DNA from: Azolla caroliniana
Lineage: Eukaryota; Plantae; Polypodiophyta
Assembly (NCBI GenBank): GCA_043228905.1
Contig: JBHGNT010000018.1
Location: 8,866,001-8,930,000, forward strand
Direction: 5' to 3'
Length of the DNA stretch: 64,000 bases
Under the pieces are notes generated by a model that had not been told where the DNA came from, ran no database searches, and worked only from the letters and a program-made list of their open reading frames with translations. Positions 11,730-24,400 of this stretch are shown piece by piece; within the stretch, counting starts at the first letter, position 1, and the number at the start of each line of letters is the position of its first letter. The position numbers and the translations under genes were made by a program.

Positions 11730-12314
11730 ATCATATTTAGACTTCTATTTCGCATTAAATCCAAATATGAAGTAGAATTTAAATATAATTCGCACGTTAC
11801 AATAGTTTTTCCTCTCAAATTCTACTGTTAATTTCCTCACCTCCAATTCTAGCTAGTATATTTGGAGTGACACAAAATTTAGAAATTTGCTATCAACCTT
11901 GTATTCCACGCACGCGGCCACGGCATTCCTGTATATATTTCAAATGGCCATTACATTTAATGAGAGGATCTTCATCAATTCTCACAAATATTTCCATCGT
12001 TCATCATTAGACCATGAGGCTTCGTCATTGTGAGACGAATTTGATATTCAGGTTATGAAGGTATTTCCTCCTATTAATTATTTGATTGACACACTTGAGC
12101 CGATACAAACGGATTGCGTTGTGTTTCAATCCGTAGCGGTTGCATCCTATGACTCATAACATATACCTCCGGCTTGCTAAGTGTGACATCCACAATGTAT
12201 GTTTCCTCTCCGCTCATTTGGAGAACGGGTCCATTGGATGTTAAGACTAATGGAACTGCGATAGTTTGAGATAGGCTATCAATGCTTTAATTTGTCATGA
12301 GAGGGAGAGGAAAA

Positions 12315-12387
12315 TGGAGATGCGGGGTATCTATCCCCATACCTCTCGCATGCTAAGCGAGCGCTCTACCATTTGAGCTACATCCCC
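12315..12387 (-). tRNA. trnA-AGC: tRNA-Ala(AGC), unit 11, C56A B-box variant (possible pseudogene)
   Basis: As 405-477 but base 12332 is T instead of G (ggtatctatcccc), changing the invariant C56 of the T-loop/B-box to A. Confidence 0.8.
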
Positions 12388-12847
12388 GAAACTTTTGCCT
12401 TCAGGTTTTAGAAAGAGTGGAATGACATGTAACAGATAATGCTTATCTAGAAATGCAGGTAATAGGCTGTACTAATTGTTGTTTTCAAATCTTAAAAGTA
12501 ATCCCGTAAGGTCACTTTTAAATTAATACGATTGCGATAATGCCATCAACTCCGTACTTCTGGTACGCCAAGCATGCATTTTAGCTTTGAGAATCGACCG
12601 ATATGCTTTTTTGCGCAACATTGTTAATATATTTGTGAATCGAATTCCCATGTGAAATTTAGAAATTAATAGCTTTACTTCTAGTTTTTCCTGATACGTT
12701 TGTACGAATACGAATGACGACATGGGCATGGATCCCATATTAATTCTGACCCTTCCCAGATGGTCCTCAAACGAATCATAATGACATTCTTGTCACGGAG
12801 AGACTTAGAGATGATCTTTCCATTTAATAATTCGTAATGATACAAAA

Positions 12848-12920
12848 TGGAGAAGCGAGGTATCGATCCCCGTGCCTCTCGCATGCAAAGCGAGCGCTCT
12901 ACCATGTGAGCTACATCCCC
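12848..12920 (-). tRNA. trnA-UGC: tRNA-Ala(TGC), unit 11
   Basis: Same sequence as 938-1010. Confidence 0.9.
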
Positions 12921-13505
12921 ATCATATTTAGACTTCTATTTCGCATTAAATCCAAATATCAAGTAGAATTTAAATATAATTCGCACGTTACAATAGTTTT
13001 TCCTCTCAAATTCTACTGTTAATTTCCTCACCTCCAATTCTAGCTAGTATATTTGGAGTGACACAAAATTTAGAAATTTGCTATCAACCTTGTATTCCAC
13101 GCACGCGGCCACGGCATTCCTGTATATATTTCAAATGGCCATTACATTTAATGAGAGGATCTTCATCAATTCTCACAAATATTTCCATCGTTCATCATTA
13201 GACCATGAGGCTTCGTCATTGTGAGACGAATTTGATATTCAGGTTATGAAGGTATTTCCTCCTATTAATTATTTGATTGACACACTTGAGCCGATACAAA
13301 CGGATTGCGTTGTGTTTCAATCCGTAGCGGTTGCATCCTATGACTCATAACATATACCTCCGGCTTGCTAAGTGTGACATCCACAATGTATGTTTCCTCT
13401 CCGCTCATTTGGAGAACGGGTCCATTGGATGTTAAGACTAATGGAACTGCGATAGTTTGAGATAGGCTATCAATGCTTTAATTTGTCATGAGAGGGAGAG
13501 GAAAA

Positions 13506-13578
13506 TGGAGATGCGGGGTATCGATCCCCATACCTCTCGCATGCTAAGCGAGCGCTCTACCATTTGAGCTACATCCCC
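13506..13578 (-). tRNA. trnA-AGC: tRNA-Ala(AGC), unit 12
   Basis: Same sequence as 405-477. Confidence 0.95.
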
Positions 13579-14038
13579 GAAACTTTTGCCTTCAGGTTTT
13601 AGAAAGAGTGGAATGACATGTAACAGATAATGCTTATCTAGAAATGCAGGTAATAGGCTGTACTAATTGTTGTTTTCAAATCTTAAAAGTAATCCCGTAA
13701 GGTCACTTTTAAATTAATACGATTGCGATAATGCCATCAACTCCGTACTTCTGGTACGCCAAGCATGCATTTTAGCTTTGAGAATCGACCGATATGCTTT
13801 TTTGCGCAACATTGTTAATATATTTGTGAATCGAATTCCCATGTGAAATTTAGAAATTAATAGCTTTACTTCTAGTTTTTCCTGATACGTTTGTACGAAT
13901 ACGAATGACGACATGGGCATGGATCCCATATTAATTCTGACCCTTCCCAGATGGTCCTCAAACGAATCATAATGACATTCTTGTCACGGAGAGACTTAGA
14001 GATGATCTTTCCATTTAATAATTCGTAATGATACAAAA

Positions 14039-14111
14039 TGGAGAAGCGAGGTATCGATCCCCGTGCCTCTCGCATGCAAAGCGAGCGCTCTACCATGTGA
14101 GCTACATCCCC
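14039..14111 (-). tRNA. trnA-UGC: tRNA-Ala(TGC), unit 12
   Basis: Same sequence as 938-1010. Confidence 0.9.
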
Positions 14112-14696
14112 ATCATATTTAGACTTCTATTTCGCATTAAATCCAAATATGAAGTAGAATTTAAATATAATTCGCACGTTACAATAGTTTTTCCTCTCAA
14201 ATTCTACTGTTAATTTCCTCACCTCCAATTCTAGCTAGTATATTTGGAGTGACACAAAATTTAGAAATTTGCTATCAACCTTGTATTCCACGCACGCGGC
14301 CACGGCATTCCTGTATATATTTCAAATGGCCATTACATTTAATGAGAGGATCTTCATCAATTCTCACAAATATTTCCATCGTTCATCATTAGACCATGAG
14401 GCTTCGTCATTGTGAGACGAATTTGATATTCAGGTTATGAAGGTATTTCCTCCTATTAATTATTTGATTGACACACTTGAGCCGATACAAACGGATTGCG
14501 TTGTGTTTCAATCCGTAGCGGTTGCATCCTATGACTCATAACATATACCTCCGGCTTGCTAAGTGTGACATCCACAATGTATGTTTCCTCTCCGCTCATT
14601 TGGAGAACGGGTCCATTGGATGTTAAGACTAATGGAACTGCGATAGTTTGAGATAGGCTATCAATGCTTTAATTTGTCATGAGAGGGAGAGGAAAA

Positions 14697-14769
14697 TGGA
14701 GATGCGGGGTATCGATCCCCATACCTCTCGCATGCTAAGCGAGCGCTCTACCATTTGAGCTACATCCCC
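14697..14769 (-). tRNA. trnA-AGC: tRNA-Ala(AGC), unit 13
   Basis: Same sequence as 405-477. Confidence 0.95.
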
Positions 14770-15229
14770 GAAACTTTTGCCTTCAGGTTTTAGAAAGAGT
14801 GGAATGACATGTAACAGATAATGCTTATCTAGAAATGCAGGTAATAGGCTGTACTAATTGTTGTTTTCAAATCTTAAAAGTAATCCCGTAAGGTCACTTT
14901 TAAATTAATACGATTGCGATAATGCCATCAACTCCGTACTTCTGGTACGCCAAGCATGCATTTTAGCTTTGAGAATCGACCGATATGCTTTTTTGCGCAA
15001 CATTGTTAATATATTTGTGAATCGAATTCCCATGTGAAATTTAGAAATTAATAGCTTTACTTCTAGTTTTTCCTGATACGTTTGTACGAATACGAATGAC
15101 GACATGGGCATGGATCCCATATTAATTCTGACCCTTCCCAGATGGTCCTCAAACGAATCATAATGACATTCTTGTCACGGAGAGACTTAGAGATGATCTT
15201 TCCATTTAATAATTCGTAATGATACAAAA

Positions 15230-15302
15230 TGGAGAAGCGAGGTATCGATCCCCGTGCCTCTCGCATGCAAAGCGAGCGCTCTACCATGTGAGCTACATCC
15301 CC
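15230..15302 (-). tRNA. trnA-UGC: tRNA-Ala(TGC), unit 13
   Basis: Same sequence as 938-1010. Confidence 0.9.
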
Positions 15303-15887
15303 ATCATATTTAGACTTCTATTTCGCATTAAATCCAAATATGAAGTAGAATTTAAATATAATTCGCACGTTACAATAGTTTTTCCTCTCAAATTCTACTG
15401 TTAATTTCCTCACCTCCAATTCTAGCTAGTATATTTGGAGTGACACAAAATTTAGAAATTTGCTATCAACCTTGTATTCCACGCACGCGGCCACGGCATT
15501 CCTGTATATATTTCAAATGGCCATTACATTTAATGAGAGGATCTTCATCAATTCTCACAAATATTTCCATCGTTCATCATTAGACCATGAGGCTTCGTCA
15601 TTGTGAGACGAATTTGATATTCAGGTTATGAAGGTATTTCCTCCTATTAATTATTTGATTGACACACTTGAGCCGATACAAACGGATTGCGTTGTGTTTC
15701 AATCCGTAGCGGTTGCATCCTATGACTCATAACATATACCTCCGGCTTGCTAAGTGTGACATCCACAATGTATGTTTCCTCTCCGCTCATTTGGAGAACG
15801 GGTCCATTGGATGTTAAGACTAATGGAACTGCGATAGTTTGAGATAGGCTATCAATGCTTTAATTTGTCATGAGAGGGAGAGGAAAA

Positions 15888-15960
15888 TGGAGATGCGGGG
15901 TATCGATCCCCATACCTCTCGCATGCTAAGCGAGCGCTCTACCATTTGAGCTACATCCCC
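15888..15960 (-). tRNA. trnA-AGC: tRNA-Ala(AGC), unit 14
   Basis: Same sequence as 405-477. Confidence 0.95.
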
Positions 15961-16420
15961 GAAACTTTTGCCTTCAGGTTTTAGAAAGAGTGGAATGACA
16001 TGTAACAGATAATGCTTATCTAGAAATGCAGGTAATAGGCTGTACTAATTGTTGTTTTCAAATCTTAAAAGTAATCCCGTAAGGTCACTTTTAAATTAAT
16101 ACGATTGCGATAATGCCATCAACTCCGTACTTCTGGTACGCCAAGCATGCATTTTAGCTTTGAGAATCGACCGATATGCTTTTTTGCGCAACATTGTTAA
16201 TATATTTGTGAATCGAATTCCCATGTGAAATTTAGAAATTAATAGCTTTACTTCTAGTTTTTCCTGATACGTTTGTACGAATACGAATGACGACATGGGC
16301 ATGGATCCCATATTAATTCTGACCCTTCCCAGATGGTCCTCAAACGAATCATAATGACATTCTTGTCACGGAGAGACTTAGAGATGATCTTTCCATTTAA
16401 TAATTCGTAATGATACAAAA

Positions 16421-16493
16421 TGGAGAAGCGAGGTATCGATCCCCGTGCCTCTCGCATGCAAAGCGAGCGCTCTACCATGTGAGCTACATCCCC
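16421..16493 (-). tRNA. trnA-UGC: tRNA-Ala(TGC), unit 14
   Basis: Same sequence as 938-1010. Confidence 0.9.
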
Positions 16494-17078
16494 ATCATAT
16501 TTAGACTTCTATTTCGCATTAAATCCAAATATCAAGTAGAATTTAAATATAATTCGCACGTTACAATAGTTTTTCCTCTCAAATTCTACTGTTAATTTCC
16601 TCACCTCCAATTCTAGCTAGTATATTTGGAGTGACACAAAATTTAGAAATTTGCTATCAACCTTGTATTCCACGCACGCGGCCACGGCATTCCTGTATAT
16701 ATTTCAAATGGCCATTACATTTAATGAGAGGATCTTCATCAATTCTCACAAATATTTCCATCGTTCATCATTAGACCATGAGGCTTCGTCATTGTGAGAC
16801 GAATTTGATATTCAGGTTATGAAGGTATTTCCTCCTATTAATTATTTGATTGACACACTTGAGCCGATACAAACGGATTGCGTTGTGTTTCAATCCGTAG
16901 CGGTTGCATCCTATGACTCATAACATATACCTCCGGCTTGCTAAGTGTGACATCCACAATGTATGTTTCCTCTCCGCTCATTTGGAGAACGGGTCCATTG
17001 GATGTTAAGACTAATGGAACTGCGATAGTTTGAGATAGGCTATCAATGCTTTAATTTGTCATGAGAGGGAGAGGAAAA

Positions 17079-17151
17079 TGGAGATGCGGGGTATCGATCC
17101 CCATACCTCTCGCATGCTAAGCGAGCGCTCTACCATTTGAGCTACATCCCC
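17079..17151 (-). tRNA. trnA-AGC: tRNA-Ala(AGC), unit 15
   Basis: Same sequence as 405-477. Confidence 0.95.
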
Positions 17152-17611
17152 GAAACTTTTGCCTTCAGGTTTTAGAAAGAGTGGAATGACATGTAACAGA
17201 TAATGCTTATCTAGAAATGCAGGTAATAGGCTGTACTAATTGTTGTTTTCAAATCTTAAAAGTAATCCCGTAAGGTCACTTTTAAATTAATACGATTGCG
17301 ATAATGCCATCAACTCCGTACTTCTGGTACGCCAAGCATGCATTTTAGCTTTGAGAATCGACCGATATGCTTTTTTGCGCAACATTGTTAATATATTTGT
17401 GAATCGAATTCCCATGTGAAATTTAGAAATTAATAGCTTTACTTCTAGTTTTTCCTGATACGTTTGTACGAATACGAATGACGACATGGGCATGGATCCC
17501 ATATTAATTCTGACCCTTCCCAGATGGTCCTCAAACGAATCATAATGACATTCTTGTCACGGAGAGACTTAGAGATGATCTTTCCATTTAATAATTCGTA
17601 ATGATACAAAA

Positions 17612-17684
17612 TGGAGAAGCGAGGTATCGATCCCCGTGCCTCTCGCATGCAAAGCGAGCGCTCTACCATGTGAGCTACATCCCC
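17612..17684 (-). tRNA. trnA-UGC: tRNA-Ala(TGC), unit 15
   Basis: Same sequence as 938-1010. Confidence 0.9.
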
Positions 17685-18269
17685 ATCATATTTAGACTTC
17701 TATTTCGCATTAAATCCAAATATCAAGTAGAATTTAAATATAATTCGCACGTTACAATAGTTTTTCCTCTCAAATTCTACTGTTAATTTCCTCACCTCCA
17801 ATTCTAGCTAGTATATTTGGAGTGACACAAAATTTAGAAATTTGCTATCAACCTTGTATTCCACGCACGCGGCCACGGCATTCCTGTATATATTTCAAAT
17901 GGCCATTACATTTAATGAGAGGATCTTCATCAATTCTCACAAATATTTCCATCGTTCATCATTAGACCATGAGGCTTCGTCATTGTGAGACGAATTTGAT
18001 ATTCAGGTTATGAAGGTATTTCCTCCTATTAATTATTTGATTGACACACTTGAGCCGATACAAACGGATTGCGTTGTGTTTCAATCCGTAGCGGTTGCAT
18101 CCTATGACTCATAACATATACCTCCGGCTTGCTAAGTGTGACATCCACAATGTATGTTTCCTCTCCGCTCATTTGGAGAACGGGTCCATTGGATGTTAAG
18201 ACTAATGGAACTGCGATAGTTTGAGATAGGCTATCAATGCTTTAATTTGTCATGAGAGGGAGAGGAAAA

Positions 18270-18342
18270 TGGAGATGCGGGGTATCGATCCCCATACCTC
18301 TCGCATGCTAAGCGAGCGCTCTACCATTTGAGCTACATCCCC
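18270..18342 (-). tRNA. trnA-AGC: tRNA-Ala(AGC), unit 16
   Basis: Same sequence as 405-477. Confidence 0.95.
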
Positions 18343-18802
18343 GAAACTTTTGCCTTCAGGTTTTAGAAAGAGTGGAATGACATGTAACAGATAATGCTTA
18401 TCTAGAAATGCAGGTAATAGGCTGTACTAATTGTTGTTTTCAAATCTTAAAAGTAATCCCGTAAGGTCACTTTTAAATTAATACGATTGCGATAATGCCA
18501 TCAACTCCGTACTTCTGGTACGCCAAGCATGCATTTTAGCTTTGAGAATCGACCGATATGCTTTTTTGCGCAACATTGTTAATATATTTGTGAATCGAAT
18601 TCCCATGTGAAATTTAGAAATTAATAGCTTTACTTCTAGTTTTTCCTGATACGTTTGTACGAATACGAATGACGACATGGGCATGGATCCCATATTAATT
18701 CTGACCCTTCCCAGATGGTCCTCAAACGAATCATAATGACATTCTTGTCACGGAGAGACTTAGAGATGATCTTTCCATTTAATAATTCGTAATGATACAA
18801 AA

Positions 18803-18875
18803 TGGAGAAGCGAGGTATCGATCCCCGTGCCTCTCGCATGCAAAGCGAGCGCTCTACCATGTGAGCTACATCCCC
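18803..18875 (-). tRNA. trnA-UGC: tRNA-Ala(TGC), unit 16
   Basis: Same sequence as 938-1010. Confidence 0.9.
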
Positions 18876-19460
18876 ATCATATTTAGACTTCTATTTCGCA
18901 TTAAATCCAAATATGAAGTAGAATTTAAATATAATTCGCACGTTACAATAGTTTTTCCTCTCAAATTCTACTGTTAATTTCCTCACCTCCAATTCTAGCT
19001 AGTATATTTGGAGTGACACAAAATTTAGAAATTTGCTATCAACCTTGTATTCCACGCACGCGGCCACGGCATTCCTGTATATATTTCAAATGGCCATTAC
19101 ATTTAATGAGAGGATCTTCATCAATTCTCACAAATATTTCCATCGTTCATCATTAGACCATGAGGCTTCGTCATTGTGAGACGAATTTGATATTCAGGTT
19201 ATGAAGGTATTTCCTCCTATTAATTATTTGATTGACACACTTGAGCCGATACAAACGGATTGCGTTGTGTTTCAATCCGTAGCGGTTGCATCCTATGACT
19301 CATAACATATACCTCCGGCTTGCTAAGTGTGACATCCACAATGTATGTTTCCTCTCCGCTCATTTGGAGAACGGGTCCATTGGATGTTAAGACTAATGGA
19401 ACTGCGATAGTTTGAGATAGGCTATCAATGCTTTAATTTGTCATGAGAGGGAGAGGAAAA

Positions 19461-19533
19461 TGGAGATGCGGGGTATCGATCCCCATACCTCTCGCATGCT
19501 AAGCGAGCGCTCTACCATTTGAGCTACATCCCC
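19461..19533 (-). tRNA. trnA-AGC: tRNA-Ala(AGC), unit 17
   Basis: Same sequence as 405-477. Confidence 0.95.
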
Positions 19534-19993
19534 GAAACTTTTGCCTTCAGGTTTTAGAAAGAGTGGAATGACATGTAACAGATAATGCTTATCTAGAAAT
19601 GCAGGTAATAGGCTGTACTAATTGTTGTTTTCAAATCTTAAAAGTAATCCCGTAAGGTCACTTTTAAATTAATACGATTGCGATAATGCCATCAACTCCG
19701 TACTTCTGGTACGCCAAGCATGCATTTTAGCTTTGAGAATCGACCGATATGCTTTTTTGCGCAACATTGTTAATATATTTGTGAATCGAATTCCCATGTG
19801 AAATTTAGAAATTAATAGCTTTACTTCTAGTTTTTCCTGATACGTTTGTACGAATACGAATGACGACATGGGCATGGATCCCATATTAATTCTGACCCTT
19901 CCCAGATGGTCCTCAAACGAATCATAATGACATTCTTGTCACGGAGAGACTTAGAGATGATCTTTCCATTTAATAATTCGTAATGATACAAAA

Positions 19994-20066
19994 TGGAGAA
20001 GCGAGGTATCGATCCCCGTGCCTCTCGCATGCAAAGCGAGCGCTCTACCATGTGAGCTACATCCCC
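19994..20066 (-). tRNA. trnA-UGC: tRNA-Ala(TGC), unit 17
   Basis: Same sequence as 938-1010. Confidence 0.9.
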
Positions 20067-20651
20067 ATCATATTTAGACTTCTATTTCGCATTAAATCCA
20101 AATATCAAGTAGAATTTAAATATAATTCGCACGTTACAATAGTTTTTCCTCTCAAATTCTACTGTTAATTTCCTCACCTCCAATTCTAGCTAGTATATTT
20201 GGAGTGACACAAAATTTAGAAATTTGCTATCAACCTTGTATTCCACGCACGCGGCCACGGCATTCCTGTATATATTTCAAATGGCCATTACATTTAATGA
20301 GAGGATCTTCATCAATTCTCACAAATATTTCCATCGTTCATCATTAGACCATGAGGCTTCGTCATTGTGAGACGAATTTGATATTCAGGTTATGAAGGTA
20401 TTTCCTCCTATTAATTATTTGATTGACACACTTGAGCCGATACAAACGGATTGCGTTGTGTTTCAATCCGTAGCGGTTGCATCCTATGACTCATAACATA
20501 TACCTCCGGCTTGCTAAGTGTGACATCCACAATGTATGTTTCCTCTCCGCTCATTTGGAGAACGGGTCCATTGGATGTTAAGACTAATGGAACTGCGATA
20601 GTTTGAGATAGGCTATCAATGCTTTAATTTGTCATGAGAGGGAGAGGAAAA

Positions 20652-20724
20652 TGGAGATGCGGGGTATCGATCCCCATACCTCTCGCATGCTAAGCGAGCG
20701 CTCTACCATTTGAGCTACATCCCC
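20652..20724 (-). tRNA. trnA-AGC: tRNA-Ala(AGC), unit 18
   Basis: Same sequence as 405-477. Confidence 0.95.
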
Positions 20725-21184
20725 GAAACTTTTGCCTTCAGGTTTTAGAAAGAGTGGAATGACATGTAACAGATAATGCTTATCTAGAAATGCAGGTAAT
20801 AGGCTGTACTAATTGTTGTTTTCAAATCTTAAAAGTAATCCCGTAAGGTCACTTTTAAATTAATACGATTGCGATAATGCCATCAACTCCGTACTTCTGG
20901 TACGCCAAGCATGCATTTTAGCTTTGAGAATCGACCGATATGCTTTTTTGCGCAACATTGTTAATATATTTGTGAATCGAATTCCCATGTGAAATTTAGA
21001 AATTAATAGCTTTACTTCTAGTTTTTCCTGATACGTTTGTACGAATACGAATGACGACATGGGCATGGATCCCATATTAATTCTGACCCTTCCCAGATGG
21101 TCCTCAAACGAATCATAATGACATTCTTGTCACGGAGAGACTTAGAGATGATCTTTCCATTTAATAATTCGTAATGATACAAAA

Positions 21185-21257
21185 TGGAGAAGCGAGGTAT
21201 CGATCCCCGTGCCTCTCGCATGCAAAGCGAGCGCTCTACCATGTGAGCTACATCCCC
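21185..21257 (-). tRNA. trnA-UGC: tRNA-Ala(TGC), unit 18
   Basis: Same sequence as 938-1010. Confidence 0.9.
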
Positions 21258-21451
21258 ATCATATTTAGACTTCTATTTCGCATTAAATCCAAATATCAAG
21301 TAGAATTTAAATATAATTCGCACGTTACAATAGTTTTTCCTCTCAAATTCTACTGTTAATTTCCTCACCTCCAATTCTAGCTAGTATATTTGGAGTGACA
21401 CAAAATTTAGAAATTTGCTATCAACCTTGTATTCCACGCACGCGGCCACGG

Positions 21452-24400
21452 TTTAGTTGGGTTTAGTTGTTGAGGAAGGCTCATATTCCTTTCTTTCTCA
21501 TAGTAGTCTGACTTGTTTAGAGTATAACTTTTGTGTATAATATTTGCATTGATAGTCCATTATTTCTGGACTAGATCCCCTGGTTTTTACCTCTTTGAGG
21601 GTTTTGCACTTTAAAAATTTGTGTATTGTATTATGCATATAGTGTTTGTTGTGTATCTTTCTTATTTTCTTTTAATAATCGTGCACAACATCATTTCAGT
21701 CTCACATAATGGATTAAGTACTTTTAAGATTCCAATCAAGTGATATCAGAGCCGAGGTTTAGCATTTTGTTATGGAGGAAAATGTTTCCACAATGGTTTT
21801 CTTGAACGGCACAAACTACCACAAATGGAAAGGTAAGATGATAGATCTTCTTTTTGTGAAAATTCTACATTTACCTGTTTTCGCAGCCTCTAAACCGGAG
21901 AGCAAAACCACGGAGGAATGTTTATTCGATAATGGGTAGGAGATAATGTCCTAAACCCTATTGTGAACGAAACGGATCCCAAATCTCTATGGAACAAACT
22001 TTAAACATTCTGTGCATTTAAGAAAGGTAACAATAAGTTGTTTTTGCTAAAAACAAGCAATGCATTTATTGTAAAAAGAAGGTAATTCCATTTCGTATCA
22101 TTTAAATGAATTTCAAGGATGTTTCGAGCAACTTTTTGGTATGGGAGTGAAATTCGATGATGAGATTCTTGCATTATGGTTGTTAAAAACTCTTCCTGAT
22201 TCATGGGAAACTTTTAGGGTATCTTTAACTAATGCAGTCCCAAAAGGAATTGTGAATACGGAATATATCAAGAGCGGTGTTCTAAATGAGGAAATGAGAC
22301 AAAGGACACAAGGGGCATCGTCACATTCGGAGGTCTTGATGGTTGATAGAGGGAGGAGTAAGCATAGAAGCCAAGGTCAAAACAACCGAGGGAGGAGTAG
22401 AAGTAAATCAAAACCTAGGTATAAAGATCTAGAATGTCATTTTTGTGATAAAACAGGACACCTAAAGAGGTATTGTTACAAATGGAAAAAGGAGAACCAC
22501 ACATCTAATGGTAAGCATGAAAAGAAACGTAACAATGATAATTCTACTCCTGATAATACAACTTGCTCAGATGCTTCACTTGTTGTTTATGATGAAAACG
22601 TAATTAATCTTGCTCACAATGAAACTAATTGGGTTGTTGATAGTGGAGCATCGTTCCATGTCACATCTAAAAGGGAGTTTTTTACTTCTTATACTTTAGG
22701 GGATTTCGGAGTTGTGAAGATGGGTAATGATGGCCTTTCAAAGGTGGTAGACACTTGGACTATTTGTTTGGAGACCAACACAGGATCAAAGTTGATTCTC
22801 AAGGAGGTAAGACATGTACCGGACATTCATTTACATCTTACCTCAACCGGCAGATTAGATGATCATGATGGCTATTGCAACATCTTCAATGAGGGACAAT
22901 GGAAACTCACTAAGGGCAAATTTGTTGTATCTTGTGGTAAGAAATGCACTAGTTTGTATTTATTACAAGCATCTATCTCTACTAATCTTGTGAATGCAGT
23001 TGAAAGCAACAATATGTCATAGCTATGGCATAAAATGTTGTCTGGCATTAGTGAGAAGGGACTTAATTTCCTAGCAAAGAAAAGCTTGCTTCCAGGTCTA
23101 AAAGATGTGAAGTTAGACATGTGCAATCACTGTGTGGTAGGAAAACAAAGAAGAGTCTTGTTCAAACATCATTCTTCTTCAAGAAAGGAAGAGGTACTTG
23201 AGTTGCTACATTCAAATGTTTGTGGTTCTTTAAAGGTAAAGTCAATAGGTGGTGCACTCTATTTTGTTACTTTTATTGATGATTATTCTAAAAAACTTTG
23301 GGTTCGAACATTGAAAACTAAGGACCAAGTATTTAATGTGTTCAAAGAATTTCACGCTTATGTAGAAAGAAACTGAAATGCATTCGTGCCGACAATGGTA
23401 GGGATTATCGTGGATCTTCGATGCCTATTGTCAAGAGCATGGGATTAAGCATCAAAAGAAACCACCAAAAACCCTTGGTTGAAATGATGAATAGAACTCT
23501 AGTTGAAAGAGTTTGATGCTTGCTCTCGTATGCAAAGTTATCCAAATCCTTTTGGGGTGAGGCTTTGAGTACCGTTGCATATGTTATTAACCTATCTCCT
23601 ACTATTGCATTGTAGGGTGATGTTTCTAATAGTGTTTGGTATGGTAAGAATGTTTCATATAATCATTTACATGTGTTTGAGTGTAAATGTTTTGTATATA
23701 TACCTAAAGATGAACGGTCTAAGTTTGATGTTAAATCTAAAGAATGTATTTTTATTGGGTATGGCCAAGATGAGTTTGGTTACAGATGTTATGACCCAAT
23801 AGAAAGGAAGCTTATTCGAAGTCGTGATGTGGTATTTGTTGAGCATCAAACTATTGAAGATATTGAAAAGGTCAAAGGATTCAACACTCAAATAGATGGT
23901 GGTCTTATTGATTTTGACCTGATTCCTACGACCGAAGAAGCAACATATGGAGATGCTTCCCCACAAGACGAAGACCGTGAGGATGTTGATGAACCAGGTA
24001 TTATAAATAATAGGATTGAAGCTAATCATAATGATATTTTACCTAAATTTTAGGTATATGTACAAAACCTTGATTTAGTGGAATTTCCTTAGGGAAGAAA
24101 AATTTTACCTAAATTTTCAAAAATTTTAAATTATGGGTATTTAAGTTAAAACAAGGTGATGGTAACCTTGTAAAACATAAGGCTCGTTTAGTTGTAAAAG
24201 GTTTCGGCCAAAGAAAGGTATTGATTTTGATGAAATTTTCTCACCAGTTGTGAAAATGAGTTCTATTCGACTTGTTTTAGGTTTGGCAGCCAATTTAAAT
24301 CTTGAGATTGAGTAGCTTGATGTAAAGACTAATTTCTTGTATGGAGACTTGAAAGAAGAGATCCGCATGGAACAACCGGAGGGTTTCAAAGAGAAAGGAA

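Larger units (their letters stand above)
1..21451. repeat. Tandem array of 1191-bp units (18 full copies + 13 bp), each with tRNA-Ala(AGC) and tRNA-Ala(TGC)
   Basis: Sequence and ORF track recur with an exact 1191-bp period. Unit 19 starts at 21439 (cacgcggccacgg) and breaks at 21451. Only two variant sites seen: unit position 1050 G/C and base 12332 G>T. The array probably continues left of the window. Confidence 0.99.
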
